In this document: piece after piece, positions 46,910 through 56,449 of the stretch | Position numbering within the stretch: the stretch's first letter is position 1 | Layout: every line of letters starts with the position of its first letter | Origin: a virus | Length of the DNA stretch: 64,000 bases | Virus record (IMG/VR): IMGVR_UViG_3300032050_000037 | Span: 1-64,000 of that record | Strand: one strand, 5' to 3' | The notes under the pieces: model-generated | Database searches by the model: none | What the model saw: the letters and a program-made list of their open reading frames with translations, nothing else | What the model was told of the DNA's origin: nothing | Translations under genes and position numbers: made by a program

Positions 46910-49360
46910 ATGACAGCAAAAACATATTTAAAGGTTACTCCAAGTACATGGAAAGCTGTAAAATATATATATGTTAAAGTAACACAAAGTACCTGGAAAA
47001 AAGTAAAAAATATATATGTAAAAATATCTCCAACTGAGTGGACAAAAACATTTGGAACAGTTGACTCACCAACACAATTAACTAGACCTACATTATCAGG
47101 AACGGGTAGAGTTGGAACAAGCATTACCAAATCACCAGGAACATATAGCAATTATGATTCAATTGTAAATAAAATATTTTATACCACAGATGAAACTTTG
47201 CCAGGAGATGGATATAGCGAAGAGGTAATTTATGGAAATACTAAATCAACATCTTCATATACAATAGACCAAACAGATGCTACTCCACCACCAAACATTT
47301 TTTATTCAAGAGATGAAGTTACTGGAACAGATGGTATAACTAAATATTATTATTACAGTGATCCACTGACTGCTACCATGCAAGGTATAGAAGATAACTT
47401 TAACAATAGAACAACTACAAGCGGATTAGGTATTGCAAGCGGAGGATTTATTTATAGCTCCTATGCTAGAAATACAAGTTCATGGAGTGTAAGTGGTGGA
47501 AAAGCAATAAACAATAGTAATGGAAGTGGTTATCCCCTACAAAGTGTTGATTTAAATTCTTCTAATCAAAATACATCAATAGATACATCAGGTGGTGGAC
47601 TAGGACTTGCTGTATGGGTTGCATCTGCAAATTCTTGGTGGGCAGTAGTACCAGAGTACTCTTATGAAATTGAACCAGGACTTGCATACAATTGTACTAG
47701 TAATAAAACTGGAACAGAAGAAGAATGTAATGCCGTTTCATATGTTTCAGCTAATATTGAAGGATCTGCATATACAATTTCTGATGTAGGCAAAAGATGT
47801 ACAGCATGTACAACAACATCTAGCTTATATAATTATTCATGTACTAATGATGTAAGAGTATTAAATGCAGGAGATCCGTGTCCAGAATATGAAAATTGGA
47901 GCTCTGCAATGCCTGGCGGAGAAAATACAGTTTGTTCAGGATCCTGTACAGAATCTTATGAATATGTATGTACATCTGATTGGGCATTGAATCAGCCAGA
48001 TTGTAGCGGATTATTAATAAGGCCAGATCCAACAGGACCAAATCAACTTTGTGCATGTGAAAGTTATAGTGAAGTAGTAGCAATATGTCCATCATATTAT
48101 AATAATAGTGGTCCTTGCAATGATTCTAATTATGGCGGATCAGCAATAGGTGATCAATGTAGTTATTGCAATGTTTCAACTTCATATGCCTATAGCTATA
48201 GAGATTCTTATTTAACTACAACTTATCCATGTAATTCACCAGCATCATGTAACGGACAAGGTTGTTGTGAAGGAATTTCATATAGACCAGATCCAACTGG
48301 TAGCGGTCAAAGATGTAGCACTTGTAATGAAACTTCTACAAGTTCTTCTACATATTCTTATTTTGTAAGATCAAGCACTGGAAGCACTACATATCCATGT
48401 AATGGATCTACTATTACTGGATCAGCTACTTGCCCAACGTATAGACCAGATCCAACTGGTGCTGGACAAAACTGTAGTGGTTGTACATCATCTACAACTA
48501 CAACATATGGTTCATGTAAAACTCCAGGCGCTAATGACCCATCTGGATGCGTTAGAGCACCTGCTGGATATACAGCATGTGCCGTAGGATTTGTTAGATG
48601 TCCATCTACAACTACAACATATTCGTATACAGTTAGCACTTCATCAACAACTTATTCATGTAACGTACAAGTCTCTGGTTCTGGTTCTTGTCCATCGCCA
48701 TTACCAGCAACAGGATCTGGACCAGGACAAAGATGTACATCATGTTCAACTTCTACTACCACTACATATACTTCTACATATACTTTATCTAGTTCAAGTT
48801 CAAGTTATTTATGTTCAAATTATATAACTGGACAATCAAATTGTCCAGGAGAAGGATCTGGACCAGGACAAAGATGCGGAGCATGTACAGCAACAACTAC
48901 AAGTTTATATAAAACAAGAATTGCTGAAACTCAAACAAGATGGAAAACTAAAACAAGTACAACATTAACATATAATAATTATAAAACTAGACAATATTTA
49001 GGAGCAGTAATTTATAAATCTTGGAAAGAGGTAGAAGAAGTACAATCTGATGCATATACATATAATTCAAATTTAAGTATATATTCATATTCTTCTGGAA
49101 CATTAACATTACAAAATTCAATCGTTGTTAGTTCTTATGCTGCACAAGCAGGATCTGAATACAGCGAACTATTGTATCCAACAATTACAAAGGTAGCTGC
49201 AGTTACTACTGGAAATACAATAAATGCTTTAGGATATGTAGGCACATATTTTGATACTACATCTGCCACAAATACTGGCACTAAAGGAACATCTGTAGGA
49301 CTAGTTAGCCTTCCAGCAGTTGAAAAAATAGGTAATCAATTAGACAATTTCTCAGCATAA
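46910..49360 (+). CDS. Putative receptor-binding or tail-tip protein with nine Cys-rich modules
   Basis: N-terminal repeated (Y/I)(L/V)KV...W motif; 38 Cys between 47693 and 48886. Confidence 0.6.
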   Translation: MTAKTYLKVTPSTWKAVKYIYVKVTQSTWKKVKNIYVKISPTEWTKTFGTVDSPTQLTRPTLSGTGRVGTSITKSPGTYSNYDSIVNKIFYTTDETLPGDGYSEEVIYGNTKSTSSYTIDQTDATPPPNIFYSRDEVTGTDGITKYYYYSDPLTATMQGIEDNFNNRTTTSGLGIASGGFIYSSYARNTSSWSVSGGKAINNSNGSGYPLQSVDLNSSNQNTSIDTSGGGLGLAVWVASANSWWAVVPEYSYEIEPGLAYNCTSNKTGTEEECNAVSYVSANIEGSAYTISDVGKRCTACTTTSSLYNYSCTNDVRVLNAGDPCPEYENWSSAMPGGENTVCSGSCTESYEYVCTSDWALNQPDCSGLLIRPDPTGPNQLCACESYSEVVAICPSYYNNSGPCNDSNYGGSAIGDQCSYCNVSTSYAYSYRDSYLTTTYPCNSPASCNGQGCCEGISYRPDPTGSGQRCSTCNETSTSSSTYSYFVRSSTGSTTYPCNGSTITGSATCPTYRPDPTGAGQNCSGCTSSTTTTYGSCKTPGANDPSGCVRAPAGYTACAVGFVRCPSTTTTYSYTVSTSSTTYSCNVQVSGSGSCPSPLPATGSGPGQRCTSCSTSTTTTYTSTYTLSSSSSSYLCSNYITGQSNCPGEGSGPGQRCGACTATTTSLYKTRIAETQTRWKTKTSTTLTYNNYKTRQYLGAVIYKSWKEVEEVQSDAYTYNSNLSIYSYSSGTLTLQNSIVVSSYAAQAGSEYSELLYPTITKVAAVTTGNTINALGYVGTYFDTTSATNTGTKGTSVGLVSLPAVEKIGNQLDNFSA

Positions 49361-49366
49361 TTGCTG

Positions 49367-49395
49367 TAGACAAAAATAAATATATTATGTATAAT
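49367..49395 (+). promoter_or_regulatory. Promoter
   Basis: TAGACA, 17-nt spacer, TATAAT. Confidence 0.65.
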
Positions 49396-49412
49396 ATATA
49401 AAAAGGAGAAAA

Positions 49413-49661
49413 ATGGCAGAAGAAATACTAGAGCCTGGTCAAAGACCAGAACTACCACCAGTAAAAATAGCATTTGTTATTGATGGAGAAGTTGTAGATA
49501 TTTTACACACAGATGAAAGATTAGGTGCAATATTTACAAGTAATCCAATTATAAAAAATGTAACTGGAAATTTATATACAGATGAAGGCGGTATAGTTTC
49601 AGTAGGAGCACTGTACGATGCAGAAACTGATACCTTTAGCCCTAAACCAATAGAGGAATAA
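49413..49661 (+). CDS. Small acidic protein, possible fibre-assembly chaperone
   Basis: IAFVIDGEVV...VGALYD..TF pattern. Confidence 0.45.
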   Translation: MAEEILEPGQRPELPPVKIAFVIDGEVVDILHTDERLGAIFTSNPIIKNVTGNLYTDEGGIVSVGALYDAETDTFSPKPIEE

Positions 49662-49662
49662 T

Positions 49663-49938
49663 ATGTCAGAAAAAACACCTTTTCAAATTTGGAAAGAAAA
49701 AAATGCTGGTGACAAAGTTCGCCCTTGGGACTTATTAAATCCAAAAATTGGAAGAGTAGATGAAGAAACATTTAAATATAGATATGAAAATCATTGTTTA
49801 AATTGTCCATCATTAATTAAAGCATCAAAAACTTGTAAAAAATGTGGATGTTTTATGACAGAAAAAGCTAAATTGCCACACGCTAGTTGTCCTTTGGGTA
49901 AATGGGGAGCAATAACTGAAACAAAGGATGTTATTTAA
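49663..49938 (+). CDS. Cys-rich protein (DUF6171-like)
   Basis: CxxC...CxxCGCF..KA......CPLGKW. Confidence 0.6.
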   Translation: MSEKTPFQIWKEKNAGDKVRPWDLLNPKIGRVDEETFKYRYENHCLNCPSLIKASKTCKKCGCFMTEKAKLPHASCPLGKWGAITETKDVI

Positions 49939-50162
49939 TGGAGCTATCAGTACCAGAAAAAAATGCTATTATAAATGAACATTTAAAAAGTGTAGTAAAT
50001 AATATTTATAATATAAATATGTTAATAATTCAAGAGTCTGCTATCACACCAATTAATCAAGAAGTAGTAGATGCATTAAATATACAATTAGAAAATGCTT
50101 TTTTAAAGAAAGAAGCGCTACAAGCAGAACTAGAGAAAGTAAATAATGAGTCAGGAGAATAA
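49938..50162 (+). CDS. Hypothetical coiled-coil protein
   Basis: ORF track; TAATG overlap. Confidence 0.55.
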   Translation: MELSVPEKNAIINEHLKSVVNNIYNINMLIIQESAITPINQEVVDALNIQLENAFLKKEALQAELEKVNNESGE

Positions 50163-50334
50163 GGCAAATTTAGTAATAACAGCCCTACAACAGCGTATTG
50201 GAGAAATGGTATCTAATTATGAAACTCAAATTGCAATTTTACGGGCAGAGATTACTCAACTTATGGAAGAAAAAAATGCTAAATTACAGGCTAAAGAAGA
50301 ATACTCAGAGCATCTTAGTAACCTCACCAACTAA
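50146..50334 (+). CDS. Hypothetical coiled-coil protein
   Basis: ORF track; heptad pattern. Confidence 0.55.
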   Translation: MSQENKANLVITALQQRIGEMVSNYETQIAILRAEITQLMEEKNAKLQAKEEYSEHLSNLTN

Positions 50335-50680
50335 TTTTCCATCTGGAATTGCTGTTAAAACATCTAAAGATGTTTATTGGATAAAAGATAATAAACGATA
50401 TAGGCTTATATCTAAAAGAGCAGCGGAGTCATGGGCATTTAATACCGTAAATGCAACAGAAGAAGCATTAAGTTTAACTAAATTGGCTGGCAAGCTTGGA
50501 TTTAGAGATGGAACTTTGATAAAAAACATAGCAGATGGTAAAATGTATTTAATATCTCAAAATAAAAAGAGGCATATAGTAGACCCAGATTCATTTATTA
50601 AATATGGAATAGATAGATCAAAGGTTATAGAGGTAAGCGAATCAGAAGCAAATTCGCATGAATTAGGAGAAAATTTATAA
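50276..50680 (+). CDS. Hypothetical protein with a duplicated beta-module
   Basis: VYWIKDNKRYRL and MYLISQNKKRHI internal repeat; start uncertain (track gives 50198). Confidence 0.55.
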   Translation: MLNYRLKKNTQSILVTSPTNFPSGIAVKTSKDVYWIKDNKRYRLISKRAAESWAFNTVNATEEALSLTKLAGKLGFRDGTLIKNIADGKMYLISQNKKRHIVDPDSFIKYGIDRSKVIEVSESEANSHELGENL

Positions 50681-51108
50681 TGACCGAAAAATGGAAAGCA
50701 GTAACATTTAATGAGGGTGCTCCATTTGACCCAAATGATTTAAATCAATTACAATCTAATCTAACAGATGTATTTACAACATCTAAGTCTTTATTAAATG
50801 CTACAAGAGATTCTAGTGGTCAAAATAGAGTTGCAATTGTTGATCAAGGTTTTGTAACAATAACATTGAAAGGCACCACCCCAGTAAATCAAACAGTAAC
50901 ATTTACATCATCATTTGTTGCTGGAACAGATACTGGATTTGTAGCGTCTGTAGGACAAGCATTAACAGCAGCATTAGGAATAGTCTCAGTGTCAGCAGTT
51001 AAAAATTCTACAGGTACAGGCGGAACTATTTATGTTGCTACTAGCAATGCTAAAGCAACTGGAGATATAAAAATTAATTGGATGGCAGCCCAACTTAAAA
51101 CAATATAA
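50680..51108 (+). CDS. Fibre-tip-like small structural protein
   Basis: VTFTSSF...INWMA pattern of fibre C-terminal domains. Confidence 0.45.
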   Translation: MTEKWKAVTFNEGAPFDPNDLNQLQSNLTDVFTTSKSLLNATRDSSGQNRVAIVDQGFVTITLKGTTPVNQTVTFTSSFVAGTDTGFVASVGQALTAALGIVSVSAVKNSTGTGGTIYVATSNAKATGDIKINWMAAQLKTI

Positions 51109-51111
51109 TGC

Positions 51112-51139
51112 TTGACAGGATATAACAATATGTTAAAAT
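51112..51139 (+). promoter_or_regulatory. Promoter at the start of the replication module
   Basis: TTGACA, 16-nt spacer, TAAAAT, with an extended TG. Confidence 0.6.
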
Positions 51140-51153
51140 ATAGCATATTGCAC

Positions 51154-51178
51154 AAAGTCACGAAACCGTGACTTTTTT
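51154..51178 (+). terminator. Intrinsic terminator
   Basis: AAAGTCACG-aaac-CGTGACTTT followed by further Ts. Confidence 0.7.
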
Positions 51179-51194
51179 AATTTAAGGATAATAG

Positions 51195-52001
51195 ATGTCT
51201 AATGATCTAAAATGGATGTTGTCATCAGATCAACAGTTCCCGTATCAAGATGATAAAGCCATTAAGCTTTGGTTTGAGGTAATGAAATGGTTCAAGCCAG
51301 ATGTTGTAGATATTTTAGGAGATACAGACGACCAAGCCTGTTATAGTAAATATACAGAAGGCAGATCAGCAGAGTTTCTTAAGATGTATAAAGATGAAAA
51401 TGGCGCAGCCATTATTCCATTAATGCAACATGAAGCAAAAGGTGCTCGTGATTTTTTTGCTCAAAATAGAAAAGTAGCTGGCAAGGATGCAGAATTATTT
51501 ACTGCTTTAGGAAATCATGATGTTAGAATTTTTAATTATATAGACGCAAAACTTCCTGATTATATTAAAACAGTAACACCAGAATCTTTATGGAATTTAG
51601 ATTCATTAGGTTATGATTATATTTATTATAATGAATTACCTAAAAAGCGTTATGGAGATATCCATGTTCATCACGGATTATCTGTAGCAGACACTGGTGC
51701 AGTGCGTAAAGATATGAATGATCTTCAGGTTTCATTAATTCGTGGACATTCACATAGAATTGCTTCACACTTTCAAACATATGAATTAAGGAATAAAGGC
51801 AAAGGTGAAACTATTCGTGGGTACGAAATTGGACATATGTGTGATGAAAAGAGTTCTGGCATGAAGTATTCTCAGCACCATGATTGGCAAAAGGGATTTG
51901 CTATTGCACATATTGAAAATGGTAAATGGCCACATGTTCAAATTATTGAAATATCACCAGACTATTCTTGCGTGGTAGATGGAAAGGTGTTCAAAGTATA
52001 A
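51195..52001 (+). CDS. Calcineurin-like metallophosphoesterase
   Basis: SD, GD, GNHD, HG and GHSH motifs. Confidence 0.85.
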   Translation: MSNDLKWMLSSDQQFPYQDDKAIKLWFEVMKWFKPDVVDILGDTDDQACYSKYTEGRSAEFLKMYKDENGAAIIPLMQHEAKGARDFFAQNRKVAGKDAELFTALGNHDVRIFNYIDAKLPDYIKTVTPESLWNLDSLGYDYIYYNELPKKRYGDIHVHHGLSVADTGAVRKDMNDLQVSLIRGHSHRIASHFQTYELRNKGKGETIRGYEIGHMCDEKSSGMKYSQHHDWQKGFAIAHIENGKWPHVQIIEISPDYSCVVDGKVFKV

Positions 52002-52002
52002 A

Positions 52003-52188
52003 ATGTGGTGTGCTAAATGTTCTGGCAGAGTATTTGTAGATAGAGTATTTTCTCAAAAACTTCATGTAGAGCTATTCTGTATTTTATGTGGCAAAAGGTG
52101 GATGATCAACAAAGAAACGAATAGATTTGGAAGATGGTTAGAAAAACAAGATCGGGAATACGCAAAAAATTTCTCTATTTCTTCTTGA
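52003..52188 (+). CDS. Zinc-ribbon protein
   Basis: CAKC ... CILCG. Confidence 0.65.
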   Translation: MWCAKCSGRVFVDRVFSQKLHVELFCILCGKRWMINKETNRFGRWLEKQDREYAKNFSISS

Positions 52189-52616
52189 ATAATAAATTAC
52201 ATAAAGTAATTAGATTATCAAAAGCAAGAGACGAGTTAATTGCTTGGTGCTATACAGATAAAAAAAGAGTGCTGTATTCATATGTAGATGTTAAAAAAAA
52301 TATGGAAAACGCATATACTATAAAACAGGTGGGATTAATAATAGGAAGACATAAAGTTACTATTGAAGAATATATACTTCAAGGTAAAATTAAAGAGCCA
52401 CAGAAGGTGTATCCAATAAGTAATCCAGATAGTAAATGGTATAAATTTATGTTTAGTGAATCAGATATACTTAAATTACATGAATATATATTAGAAGCTG
52501 GATATACTAAAGACCTTCCATCAAAAACACAATTGCAGGCTCTTCTCAAACAGAACATGATATTGTATACTAAGACCGTTGACGGTTCATTTGTACCTGT
52601 ATGGAAGGCGGAGTAA
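52134..52616 (+). CDS. Putative DNA-binding protein (MerR/excisionase-like HTH)
   Basis: YTIKQVGLIIGRHKVTIEEYILQGKI...FSESDI. Confidence 0.6.
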   Translation: MVRKTRSGIRKKFLYFFLNNKLHKVIRLSKARDELIAWCYTDKKRVLYSYVDVKKNMENAYTIKQVGLIIGRHKVTIEEYILQGKIKEPQKVYPISNPDSKWYKFMFSESDILKLHEYILEAGYTKDLPSKTQLQALLKQNMILYTKTVDGSFVPVWKAE

Positions 52617-52726
52617 TGTCAAATAGAATAGTTAAATGTGATATGTGTAATAAAGAAATTGAATTGCGCTGGGGAATATTTGGACATGACACATTAAATA
52701 GACATATAAAGGCAGAGCATAAATGA
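52616..52726 (+). CDS. 36-aa C2H2 zinc-finger-like miniprotein
   Basis: Not in the track. MSNRIVKCDMCNKEIELRWGIFGHDTLNRHIKAEHK; TAATG and ATGA overlaps on both sides. Confidence 0.75.
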   Translation: MSNRIVKCDMCNKEIELRWGIFGHDTLNRHIKAEHK

Positions 52727-52923
52727 CCACAGTAAAAGTTGATCTATCATTTACTCGAAATCTTGGAAACTATGAAAGTATAAAAATAGGTATTGGCGTA
52801 GAGGATGAAGTACGTTCTGGAGAAAATGTCGATACAGCAACAGAACGTGTTTATAAATTTGTAGAAGATAAACTAATTCAAAAAACACAAGAAGTAGAAG
52901 AAGAGTTAAAACGTGGCAAATAA
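52723..52923 (+). CDS. Conserved-looking small phage protein
   Basis: TRNLGNYESIKI motif; ORF track. Confidence 0.65.
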   Translation: MTTVKVDLSFTRNLGNYESIKIGIGVEDEVRSGENVDTATERVYKFVEDKLIQKTQEVEEELKRGK

Positions 52924-53230
52924 TAAAGAGGCATATATTCTTTTAACAATGTATCAAAATATGTATAAAGAAAAATATGGTAAACTTCCTTCTTTAAATA
53001 AGTATAGAGAAAAATGGGCCATGCAAGATGTTGTTGATAGTATAGGGTATGAACGTGCTAAAGAATTATTGCAATATTATTTTACAACTGGTAAACATGG
53101 ACATCCGCTTCAGTTTTTCTTTTTTAATTTTGATAAAATTGATATAATGCAAAAAGAAATTGAAAAAGATAAAAGAAATCGTAAAATATTACAAGAAGCA
53201 ACTAAGAAATTAGTAGAGGGAGAAGAGTGA
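52913..53230 (+). CDS. Hypothetical protein (possible helicase loader or initiator)
   Basis: Helical protein directly upstream of DnaB; function inferred from position only. Confidence 0.5.
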   Translation: MANNKEAYILLTMYQNMYKEKYGKLPSLNKYREKWAMQDVVDSIGYERAKELLQYYFTTGKHGHPLQFFFFNFDKIDIMQKEIEKDKRNRKILQEATKKLVEGEE

Positions 53231-54465
53231 ATACAGAAGCTACATTAATATCTGCTGTATGTAAAAATAAAGATATAAGCACCCTATTAGCAGATAATGT
53301 TGATGACTTATTTACATCTCATAGGGATATTTGGGAAGGTCTTAAATCATATTATTATAAATTTAAAGCAGTTCCTGAAACTGGTGTGCTTCAAGAAAAA
53401 TTTAAAGATTTCGAACCAGACTTAAACGTAAAGGCAGAAACTGGATATTACCTAGACAAATTAAAAAATGAATATTTATCTGCACGATTAAAAAGTATTA
53501 TTCTTCAAGGTGGATCTGCATTAAAAGAAGATGCAGCCTCTAGAGTATTAGCAGATATGCAAAGTAAACTTGCTGGACTTGCTAGGTTTACTAATAATGT
53601 AAGAGACTTAGATGTTACAGACCTAGAAGCAGCAGAAAGACATTTTATGTCTGTAAAAGATAGATCTTCCGCAATGGGCGGAAGTCCAGGAATAAAAACT
53701 GGATTTGAAGCAATTGATAAAGCATATCCTACAGGAATGGCTCCAGGACATTTAATTGTTGCAATTGGTTGGCCAGGAAAAGGTAAAACATGGTTTACTT
53801 CATATCTTGCATGTAAAGCTTGGGAGCAAGGATTTAAACCAATGATTATTTCTCTAGAAATGTCGCCAGAAAATATGCGTGATCGTATTTATACAATGCT
53901 TGGCTCAGGTTTGTTTAAGGCATCAGATTTATCAAAAGGTGACATTAATATAGATGATTTTAGATCATGGGGTAATAAAAAGTTTGAAAATAAAAATGGA
54001 TTTATTCTTGTTTCAAATGAAGGCGCAGGAGATGTAACTCCAGCAACAGTACAAGGTAAAATAGATCAGCACAAACCAGACCTTGTTATTTTAGATTATC
54101 ACCAATTATTTAATGATAATAAAAGAAGTAATTCTGAAGTAGAAAGAAATAGAAATATATCTCGTGAGTTTAAATTACTTGCTGTAACAAACAACATACC
54201 AGTTATTGATATTACTGCTGCTACAGCAGACGATATCTCAGATCAAGAAAATCCACCAATGATGTCTCAGGTTGCATGGTCTAAAGCTATTGAATATGAT
54301 GCTGATATGGCTATGGCTATTCATAGATATCCTCAAACAAATCTTATTGAAGTTGTTTCTAGGAAAAATAGACATGGTCATGATTTTGACTTCCATTTAG
54401 ATTGGGATATCAATAGAGGTATTATTAAAGAGTTATACGATTATGTACCACCACAGCCAAATTAA
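53227..54465 (+). CDS. dnaB: Replicative DNA helicase, DnaB-like
   Basis: Walker A GWPGKGKT, SLEM, VILDY, IEYDAD and KNRHG motifs. Confidence 0.92.
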   Translation: MNTEATLISAVCKNKDISTLLADNVDDLFTSHRDIWEGLKSYYYKFKAVPETGVLQEKFKDFEPDLNVKAETGYYLDKLKNEYLSARLKSIILQGGSALKEDAASRVLADMQSKLAGLARFTNNVRDLDVTDLEAAERHFMSVKDRSSAMGGSPGIKTGFEAIDKAYPTGMAPGHLIVAIGWPGKGKTWFTSYLACKAWEQGFKPMIISLEMSPENMRDRIYTMLGSGLFKASDLSKGDINIDDFRSWGNKKFENKNGFILVSNEGAGDVTPATVQGKIDQHKPDLVILDYHQLFNDNKRSNSEVERNRNISREFKLLAVTNNIPVIDITAATADDISDQENPPMMSQVAWSKAIEYDADMAMAIHRYPQTNLIEVVSRKNRHGHDFDFHLDWDINRGIIKELYDYVPPQPN

Positions 54466-54736
54466 AAGATTTCAAATTGATGTAGAGTTTAGAGACGATT
54501 CAGATATTATTAGACTCAAAAATCAATATGAAAATATGTTAGTTCATCAAATGAGAGACAAAGGATATTCTAGAGTACTTGACATAGACACCGCATTTTC
54601 AGTAGAATTTACTGGTGAGACATGGAAGTTCTTAATGACTATTTATGGAATACATACAGGAAGGCGGAAGGCATGGGAATCAGAGGGAATAACACAAGGC
54701 AAGTTAATTCCACGCAATATGCGCCAAACCATATAA
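54443..54736 (+). CDS. Hypothetical protein overlapping the helicase end and primase start
   Basis: ORF track; fills the helicase-primase gap. Confidence 0.6.
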   Translation: MYHHSQIKRFQIDVEFRDDSDIIRLKNQYENMLVHQMRDKGYSRVLDIDTAFSVEFTGETWKFLMTIYGIHTGRRKAWESEGITQGKLIPRNMRQTI

Positions 54737-55671
54737 AATCAGTAGTTAAAGAAATAGGATTAAGAATTATTAGTGAATCTAATAATAATTTAGTTATATA
54801 TTGTCCATTTCATAATAATACTCATAGTCCAAGTTTTTATATTAGCGAAGATAATGGAGCATGGCTCTGTTTTAACCCTTCATGCGGTGAAACTGGTAAC
54901 ATAATTCAGCTAGTTAAAAAAATTACTGGTAAAAATGATTTTGAATCTATAAGGCTGGTTGCAGCAAAGGAAGCACAGGCTTTAGATAATTTTGATGAAA
55001 CCTTAAATTCAGTATTAGAAGATAAGCCTGAGTTTATTGAATTTGATCAAAAAAAATTAGATGAATTATATATGGAATTAACATTTAATAAATTAGCTAG
55101 AGATTACTTTGAGTCTCGTGGAATAAATCAAGAATCTATAACATATTTTAAATTAGGATATTCTGAATCTCAAGGCATGGCTATTGTCCCAGTGCATAGC
55201 CCAGACGGAATTCCAGTAGGACTAGTTGGCAGATCAATATCAGAAAAGAAATTTAAGAATAGCACAAACTTGCCAAAGAACAAAACATTATTTAACATAC
55301 ATCGTGCTAAAAAAATAGGTGACCATGTAATAATTGTAGAATCAAGTTTTGATGCTATTAGAATACATCAATCTGGATTTCCAAATGTGGTAGCCACACT
55401 AGGTGGACACATATCTACAGATAATATTAATTTATTAAATAGATATTTTAACAAAATTATTATCATGACAGACGCAGATCAAGCTGGCAGAGAATTAGGA
55501 ATATCAATATCTAATAAATTAAAGAATAAAGACATCTTGTGGGCTTCTTATTCTTATGGTAAGATATATCCACATGATGCAAAAGATGCAGGAGATATGT
55601 CAGAAGAAGAAATAAAAATATGTATTAAAAATGCAGTTTCTGATATTGAATACAAATCTTGGAATTTATGA
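54673..55671 (+). CDS. dnaG: DNA primase (CHC2 zinc finger plus TOPRIM)
   Basis: CPFH...CFNPSC; IVESSFDA, DADQAG and KDAGD motifs. Confidence 0.9.
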   Translation: MGIRGNNTRQVNSTQYAPNHIKSVVKEIGLRIISESNNNLVIYCPFHNNTHSPSFYISEDNGAWLCFNPSCGETGNIIQLVKKITGKNDFESIRLVAAKEAQALDNFDETLNSVLEDKPEFIEFDQKKLDELYMELTFNKLARDYFESRGINQESITYFKLGYSESQGMAIVPVHSPDGIPVGLVGRSISEKKFKNSTNLPKNKTLFNIHRAKKIGDHVIIVESSFDAIRIHQSGFPNVVATLGGHISTDNINLLNRYFNKIIIMTDADQAGRELGISISNKLKNKDILWASYSYGKIYPHDAKDAGDMSEEEIKICIKNAVSDIEYKSWNL

Positions 55672-55725
55672 TATAATAAAAAGACAGATAGATCTATACT
55701 ATCAACTACAGAAAGAGGAAGCAAA

Positions 55726-56391
55726 ATGGGTCTTGTAAAAGGACTAAAAGATTTAAATAAAGTAATGGATAAACCGCAATCATCTAGCGGAGACGGCAGT
55801 AAAGCTCGTTGGGTTAAATTAGATGACTCAGAAAGTGTTAAAATTAGATTTTTACAGGAATTAGATCCTGACTCTCCACATTATAATGAAAAAAATAGTT
55901 TAGGTTTTATTGCTGTTGAGCATACAAATCCTAAAGACTATAAGCGTAAAGCTTTATGTACAATTGATGACCAAGGAAAATGTTGGGGATGTGAGCAGCA
56001 TCGTAAGGATTACAAGGCAGGATGGAAAGGCCGTTCCCGTCTTTATATCAATGTCCTTGTAGATGATGGCAAAGAAGAGCCATATGTTGCCATCTTGTCT
56101 CAGGGTAGTAGTGGAAAGACTATTACTCCTACATTAATTGAATATGCTGGCGAAATGGGTAGCATTTCAAATTTAATGTGGCGCATTAAGCGTACAGGCA
56201 CAAAAACAGATACCAGTTATACAGCAATCCCTCTTGCTAAAGATGAAACACCATTTGATTCATCTGGATTGGAACTGTACGAATTGGAAAAGGTTGCAGT
56301 TCGTGACCTACCCTATACAGAGCAAGAAGCCTTCTTTAATGGTGAAGGCGGAGAAGAGCCATCAAACGCAACAGGTAGCGTAGAGTGGTAA
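55726..56391 (+). CDS. Single-stranded DNA-binding protein (gp32-like)
   Basis: KIRFL, H..C...CWGC zinc site, IKRTG..TDTSY and an acidic C-terminal tail. Confidence 0.75.
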   Translation: MGLVKGLKDLNKVMDKPQSSSGDGSKARWVKLDDSESVKIRFLQELDPDSPHYNEKNSLGFIAVEHTNPKDYKRKALCTIDDQGKCWGCEQHRKDYKAGWKGRSRLYINVLVDDGKEEPYVAILSQGSSGKTITPTLIEYAGEMGSISNLMWRIKRTGTKTDTSYTAIPLAKDETPFDSSGLELYELEKVAVRDLPYTEQEAFFNGEGGEEPSNATGSVEW

Positions 56392-56400
56392 ATTAAATAA

Positions 56401-56443
56401 ATAGGGGCTGGCTATTGTCAGCCCCTATATTATTTAGTAGAAT
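56401..56443 (+). terminator. Terminator hairpin after SSB overlapping the dnaE promoter
   Basis: ATAGGGGCTG...CAGCCCCTAT stem; TTGTCA (56415-56420), 17-nt spacer, TAGAAT (56438-56443). Confidence 0.65.
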
Positions 56444-56449
56444 GCTTTT

